Origin: Blastocladiella emersonii ATCC 22665
Taxonomy: Eukaryota > Fungi > Blastocladiomycota
Length of the DNA: 64,000 bases
Assembly (NCBI GenBank): GCA_025594325.1
Contig: JANHCV010000009.1
Coordinates: forward strand, 1,674,001-1,738,000
Direction of reading: 5' to 3'
Both the position numbers and the translations under genes were made by a program. Below are positions 58,048-64,000 of the stretch, one piece after another; the stretch's first letter is position 1, and every line of letters begins with the position of its first letter. The notes below the pieces were generated by a model. The model saw nothing but the letters and a program-made list of their open reading frames with translations, ran no database searches and was not told the origin of the DNA.

Positions 58048-61000
58048 CAGGGTGGCGGGGCGGCCATGGAAAGTATGGTACAGGTACAATTACCGTACAC
58101 GCCTGCCGCGGCCATTTGTCGCGGCACGGCCCTGCCTGGCTCATGACGCGGCGGGCGTTGTTGGAGGCAGGGTAGGTAGGTAGCAGCAGCAGGATCTGGC
58201 TACCTGGCTACCTGGCTAGCTGTCTAGCTGGCTGGCAAACAACACAAGTGAAAAGGTGCGTGATGGAGTGAGTGTTGAATGAATGGATGGATGGATGGAT
58301 GGGTGGATGCGGACCTTCATACGGGCCGCGCGCGGTCAGGATGGGTCGGCCACCACCCACTATCTGCATGACAGAGAGGGAGGGGGAGCAACTGTGTCGA
58401 ATTTTGACCGAGGGACCTTGCTGCAGCCAACGTCCGGCCCAATCCGACCCCCCACAAATCGCAACATGCACGAAACAAATTAGCCGATGTTTGGGATGTA
58501 CCAAACCAGCCACGTACATGATTCTCATGGTACTCAAACAAAACCATATTCAAATCCTTGACCACCCGCATGACCAGCTAGCCAGGAACCCATAAATCAC
58601 AGTATCGAACCACCAAAATATCTGACCATGGGAATATAGTAACCCAGCCACGTACGTAATTGTCATAGTACCCAAACAAAACCATATTCAAGTTGTTGAC
58701 TTCCTGCATGTCCACCTCGTTGGGGACCCATAAATCGTAATATCGACTCAACAAAATATCTGAACATGGGAATATACTAAACAAGCCACGCAGATAATTG
58801 TCAGAGAACTCAAACAAAACCGTACTCACATCTTTGACTTCCCGCATGTCCAGCTAGCCTGGCTCCTATAAATTACAGTATCGAAGCAACCATGAATCTG
58901 GGCAGAGCAATATTGTAAACGAGCCACTCCGACAATTGTCATGGTACTCAAACAAAACCATATTCAAATCCTTGACCACCCGCATGACCAGCTAGCCAGG
59001 CACCCATAAATCGTAATATCGACTCAACAAAATATCTGAACATGGGAATATAATAAACAAGCCACGCAGATGATTGTCAGAGCACTCAAACAAAACCATG
59101 TTCAAGTCTTTGACTTCCTGCATGTCCAGCTGGTTGGGGACCAATAAATCGTAATATCGACGTAACAAATTATCTGACCATGGGAATATAGTAAACCAGC
59201 CACGTAGGTAATCGTCATAGTACCAAAACAAAACCATATTCAAATCTTCGCACACCCCCCATGATCTGGTGGGCAAGGACCTATAAATCACAGTATCGAA
59301 CCAACAACATAGTATCTGATGTTCCGGTTGTATCAAACTCGCCACGCTGATTATTGTCATGGTACTCAAACAAACCATCTTCAGATCTTCGAATACCCTC
59401 ACGTCCAGGTGGGCAAGCACCCAGACCGGCAGATGTCCAAATCTACCACTTTGCGCACACTCCACTATCCAACGCTTCGATCCTCCTCCAATTATTGAAC
59501 CCGTCGGCAAAGCGAACGGTCCAATCAACGAGCCAAAAGACAACCTGCCAGACCTGCCAACCTGCCAGCCAACCAGCCAACCAGCCAACCAGCCAACCAG
59601 CCAACCAGCCAACCAGCCAACCAGCCAACCAACCACCCACGCCGCATCTCAAGCCATGGTGGGCCCGCACACTCTGGTTGCCGTCCCTGCAAACAAAGGA
59701 ATGAATGATGAGCCCTGGCAGCCTGGCAGACTGCCAGCCTGCCAGCTCCCAGTCAGTTGCTCTTATCTATCTCGTAGGTGGTCTGAGAGGTGTTCGTCAG
59801 GCAATATACGGCTGGTCTCCTCCTTGCTGCCGGCTCTGCTGTCAGCTCCAAGTCCTGCGTGATGATGGGCCAGGGAGGGTTACGAGCAGCTCCGCTCTCC
59901 CTCGGCGTGAAACCACTCACCCGCTGACGGATGCACACCGCGCACCGCGCACCGCGCACACCGCACAGCGCCCGACGCACCACGCGCTGCGCACACGGCG
60001 CAAACGGCCACGCTGGTGTCACACACACGCTCGCATGAACGGCGGGCAGGCAAGGCTTCCTGAACTCAAGAATGATCCATCCTCCAGGTCTGCTTGCGCC
60101 AACGGGTGCGCCTGCCTGCCCTCCGAGTGCCATCAATTGCTTGATTCATTCATGTCCAGTGCTGCCCCATGCTTTCATGGCCGCGGGGTCCATCAGAACG
60201 CTTTGCGATGGGTGCGCCTGCACTTGGTGGCAGCCAAGTGGCAAGCAACAACACAGCACCTGCCTCGCCCTGGCCAACGTACGTTGCAAACAGGGCAGCG
60301 GCCGTACGGCGACAGAGTGCTGCAGAGTGCTGCAGAGGGCTGCAGAGGGCTAACGCGGCAGGGCTCCTCCTGCAGGAGACAGTACCAAGGCCAAGGAGTG
60401 CTAGGGACTACTAACTGAATGGTGGGTGAATGACCCACACCAGGCGCTCCTGGCAGGAGTACACGTGGGCGTGCGGGCTTTTGTGCGTGCATGCCTGGAC
60501 TCACTCGTCCACCATCACACGCGCAAAGTGACCAAGTGACCAAGTGACCAAGTGACCAAGTGACCAAGTGACCAAGTGACTAAGGTGACCAAGGTGACCA
60601 AGTGACATACAAGGACCAAGTCAGGGTGGCGGGGCGGCCATGGAAAGTATGGTACAGGTACAATTACCGTACACGCCTGCCGCGGCCATTTGTCGCGGCA
60701 CGGCCCTGCCTGGCTCATGACGCGGCGGGCGTTGTTGGAGGCAGGGTAGGTAGGTAGCAGCAGCAGGATCTGGCTACCTGGCTACCTGGCTAGCTGTCTA
60801 GCTGGCTGGCAAACAACACAAGTGAAAAGGTGCGTGATGGAGTGAGTGTTGAATGAATGGATGGATGGATGGATGGGTGGATGCGGACCTTCATACGGGC
60901 CGCGCGCGGTCAGGATGGGTCGGCCACCACCCACTATCTGCATGACAGAGAGGGAGGGGGAGCAACTGTGTCGAATTTTGACCGAGGGACCTTGCTGCAG

Positions 61001-64000
61001 CCAACGTCCGGCCCAATCCGACCCCCCACAAATCGCAACATGCACGAAACAAATTAGCCGATGTTTGGGATGTACCAAACCAGCCACGTACATGATTCTC
61101 ATGGTACTCAAACAAAACCATATTCAAATCCTTGACCACCCGCATGACCAGCTAGCCAGGAACCCATAAATCACAGTATCGAACCACCAAAATATCTGAC
61201 CATGGGAATATAGTAACCCAGCCACGTACGTAATTGTCATAGTACCCAAACAAAACCATATTCAAGTTGTTGACTTCCTGCATGTCCACCTCGTTGGGGA
61301 CCCATAAATCGTAATATCGACTCAACAAAATATCTGAACATGGGAATATACTAAACAAGCCACGCAGATAATTGTCAGAGAACTCAAACAAAACCGTACT
61401 CACATCTTTGACTTCCCGCATGTCCAGCTAGCCTGGCTCCTATAAATTACAGTATCGAAGCAACCATGAATCTGGGCAGAGCAATATTGTAAACGAGCCA
61501 CTCCGACAATTGTCATGGTACTCAAACAAAACCATATTCAAATCCTTGACCACCCGCATGACCAGCTAGCCAGGCACCCATAAATCGTAATATCGACTCA
61601 ACAAAATATCTGAACATGGGAATATAATAAACAAGCCACGCAGATGATTGTCAGAGCACTCAAACAAAACCATGTTCAAGTCTTTGACTTCCTGCATGTC
61701 CAGCTGGTTGGGGACCAATAAATCGTAATATCGACGTAACAAATTATCTGACCATGGGAATATAGTAAACCAGCCACGTAGGTAATCGTCATAGTACCAA
61801 AACAAAACCATATTCAAATCTTCGCACACCCCCCATGATCTGGTGGGCAAGGACCTATAAATCACAGTATCGAACCAACAACATAGTATCTGATGTTCCG
61901 GTTGTATCAAACTCGCCACGCTGATTATTGTCATGGTACTCAAACAAACCATCTTCAGATCTTCGAATACCCTCACGTCCAGGTGGGCAAGCACCCAGAC
62001 CGGCAGATGTCCAAATCTACCACTTTGCGCACACTCCACTATCCAACGCTTCGATCCTCCTCCAATTATTGAACCCGTCGGCAAAGCGAACGGTCCAATC
62101 AACGAGCCAAAAGACAACCTGCCAGACCTGCCAACCTGCCAGCCAACCAGCCAACCAGCCAACCAGCCAACCAGCCAACCAGCCAACCAGCCAACCAGCC
62201 AACCAACCACCCACGCCGCATCTCAAGCCATGGTGGGCCCGCACACTCTGGTTGCCGTCCCTGCAAACAAAGGAATGAATGATGAGCCCTGGCAGCCTGG
62301 CAGACTGCCAGCCTGCCAGCTCCCAGTCAGTTGCTCTTATCTATCTCGTAGGTGGTCTGAGAGGTGTTCGTCAGGCAATATACGGCTGGTCTCCTCCTTG
62401 CTGCCGGCTCTGCTGTCAGCTCCAAGTCCTGCGTGATGATGGGCCAGGGAGGGTTACGAGCAGCTCCGCTCTCCCTCGGCGTGAAACCACTCACCCGCTG
62501 ACGGATGCACACCGCGCACCGCGCACCGCGCACACCGCACAGCGCCCGACGCACCACGCGCTGCGCACACGGCGCAAACGGCCACGCTGGTGTCACACAC
62601 ACGCTCGCATGAACGGCGGGCAGGCAAGGCTTCCTGAACTCAAGAATGATCCATCCTCCAGGTCTGCTTGCGCCAACGGGTGCGCCTGCCTGCCCTCCGA
62701 GTGCCATCAATTGCTTGATTCATTCATGTCCAGTGCTGCCCCATGCTTTCATGGCCGCGGGGTCCATCAGAACGCTTTGCGATGGGTGCGCCTGCACTTG
62801 GTGGCAGCCAAGTGGCAAGCAACAACACAGCACCTGCCTCGCCCTGGCCAACGTACGTTGCAAACAGGGCAGCGGCCGTACGGCGACAGAGTGCTGCAGA
62901 GTGCTGCAGAGGGCTGCAGAGGGCTAACGCGGCAGGGCTCCTCCTGCAGGAGACAGTACCAAGGCCAAGGAGTGCTAGGGACTACTAACTGAATGGTGGG
63001 TGAATGACCCACACCAGGCGCTCCTGGCAGGAGTACACGTGGGCGTGCGGGCTTTTGTGCGTGCATGCCTGGACTCACTCGTCCACCATCACACGCGCAA
63101 AGTGACCAAGTGACCAAGTGACCAAGTGACCAAATGACCAAGTGACCAAGTGACTAAGGTGACCAAGGTGACCAAGTGACATACAAGGACCAAGTCAGGG
63201 TGGCGGGGCGGCCATGGAAAGTATGGTACAGGTACAATTACCGTACACGCCTGCCGCGGCCATTTGTCGCGGCACGGCCCTGCCTGGCTCATGACGCGGC
63301 GGGCGTTGTTGGAGGCAGGGTAGGTAGGTAGCAGCAGCAGGATCTGGCTACCTGGCTACCTGGCTAGCTGTCTAGCTGGCTGGCAAACAACACAAGTGAA
63401 AAGGTGCGTGATGGAGTGAGTGTTGAATGAATGGATGGATGGATGGATGGGTGGATGCGGACCTTCATACGGGCCGCGCGCGGTCAGGATGGGTCGGCCA
63501 CCACCCACTATCTGCATGACAGAGAGGGAGGGGGAGCAACTGTGTCGAATTTTGACCGAGGGACCTTGCTGCAGCCAACGTCCGGCCCAATCCGACCCCC
63601 CACAAATCGCAACATGCACGAAACAAATTAGCCGATGTTTGGGATGTACCAAACCAGCCACGTACATGATTCTCATGGTACTCAAACAAAACCATATTCA
63701 AATCCTTGACCACCCGCATGACCAGCTAGCCAGGAACCCATAAATCACAGTATCGAACCACCAAAATATCTGACCATGGGAATATAGTAACCCAGCCACG
63801 TACGTAATTGTCATAGTACCCAAACAAAACCATATTCAAGTTGTTGACTTCCTGCATGTCCACCTCGTTGGGGACCCATAAATCGTAATATCGACTCAAC
63901 AAAATATCTGAACATGGGAATATACTAAACAAGCCACGCAGATAATTGTCAGAGAACTCAAACAAAACCGTACTCACATCTTTGACTTCCCGCATGTCCA
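58048..64000. repeat. 2,574-bp higher-order tandem satellite, at least 2.3 units, continuing past the window end
   Basis: Unit starts at 58048, 60622 and 63196. Copies are nearly identical (one G/A change seen in the GTGACCAA tract). Each unit has about seven 138-bp AT-richer monomers and (GGAT)n, (CCAACCAG)n, (CGCAC)n and (GTGACCAA)n tracts. Confidence 0.97.

Noticed and set aside
58500-59400. CRISPR-like array
   Set aside because: The context is eukaryotic. The whole 138-bp unit repeats, with no unique spacers and no cas genes.
59560-59635. (CCAACCAG)n or (GTGACCAA)n as telomeric repeat
   Set aside because: The tracts are internal and of fixed length in each unit, not terminal, and no TTAGGG-type array is seen.
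60190-60199. 5S rRNA gene in the satellite unit (CCATCAGAAC; GCGGCCAT near the unit start)
   Set aside because: These are only 8-10 nt matches. The rest of the 5S sequence and its internal boxes are absent.

Overview
GC-rich eukaryotic genomic DNA with short GT...CTGAC...YAG introns. The gene set (MPD1-, SHP1-, MTM1- and SDD3-like genes plus an animal-type opsin-like GPCR and a B-box protein) suggests an early-diverging, probably zoosporic fungus (blastoclad/chytrid-like). That assignment is an inference. Two gene-dense core blocks (about 7-23.2 kb and 37.3-54.6 kb) encode an ABCC transporter, an opsin-like GPCR, a PDI, a PARP-like/B-box protein, a TTC14-like TPR/RS protein, SYS1, an orphan 7TM protein, HIBADH, AspRS, MED7, FAP7/AK6, SHP1, ATG3, MTM1/SLC25A39 and an M16 peptidase. 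They alternate with accessory zones (1-6.8, 23.3-37 and 54.6-64 kb). These zones hold degenerate LRR/F-box genes, a GNAT, two non-autonomous TIR transposons (CAYC termini, 2-bp TSDs, dense GATC subterminal arrays), a 2,580-bp near-identical inverted copy of part of the M16 gene, a 5'-truncated RNase H-bearing LINE, and a 2,574-bp higher-order tandem satellite that runs off the window end. The best leads are the type-2 opsin-like GPCR with neutral residues at all three retinal-chemistry positions, the GATC-array TIR family, the mosaic inverted duplication and the HOR satellite. All alignments and counts were done by eye.
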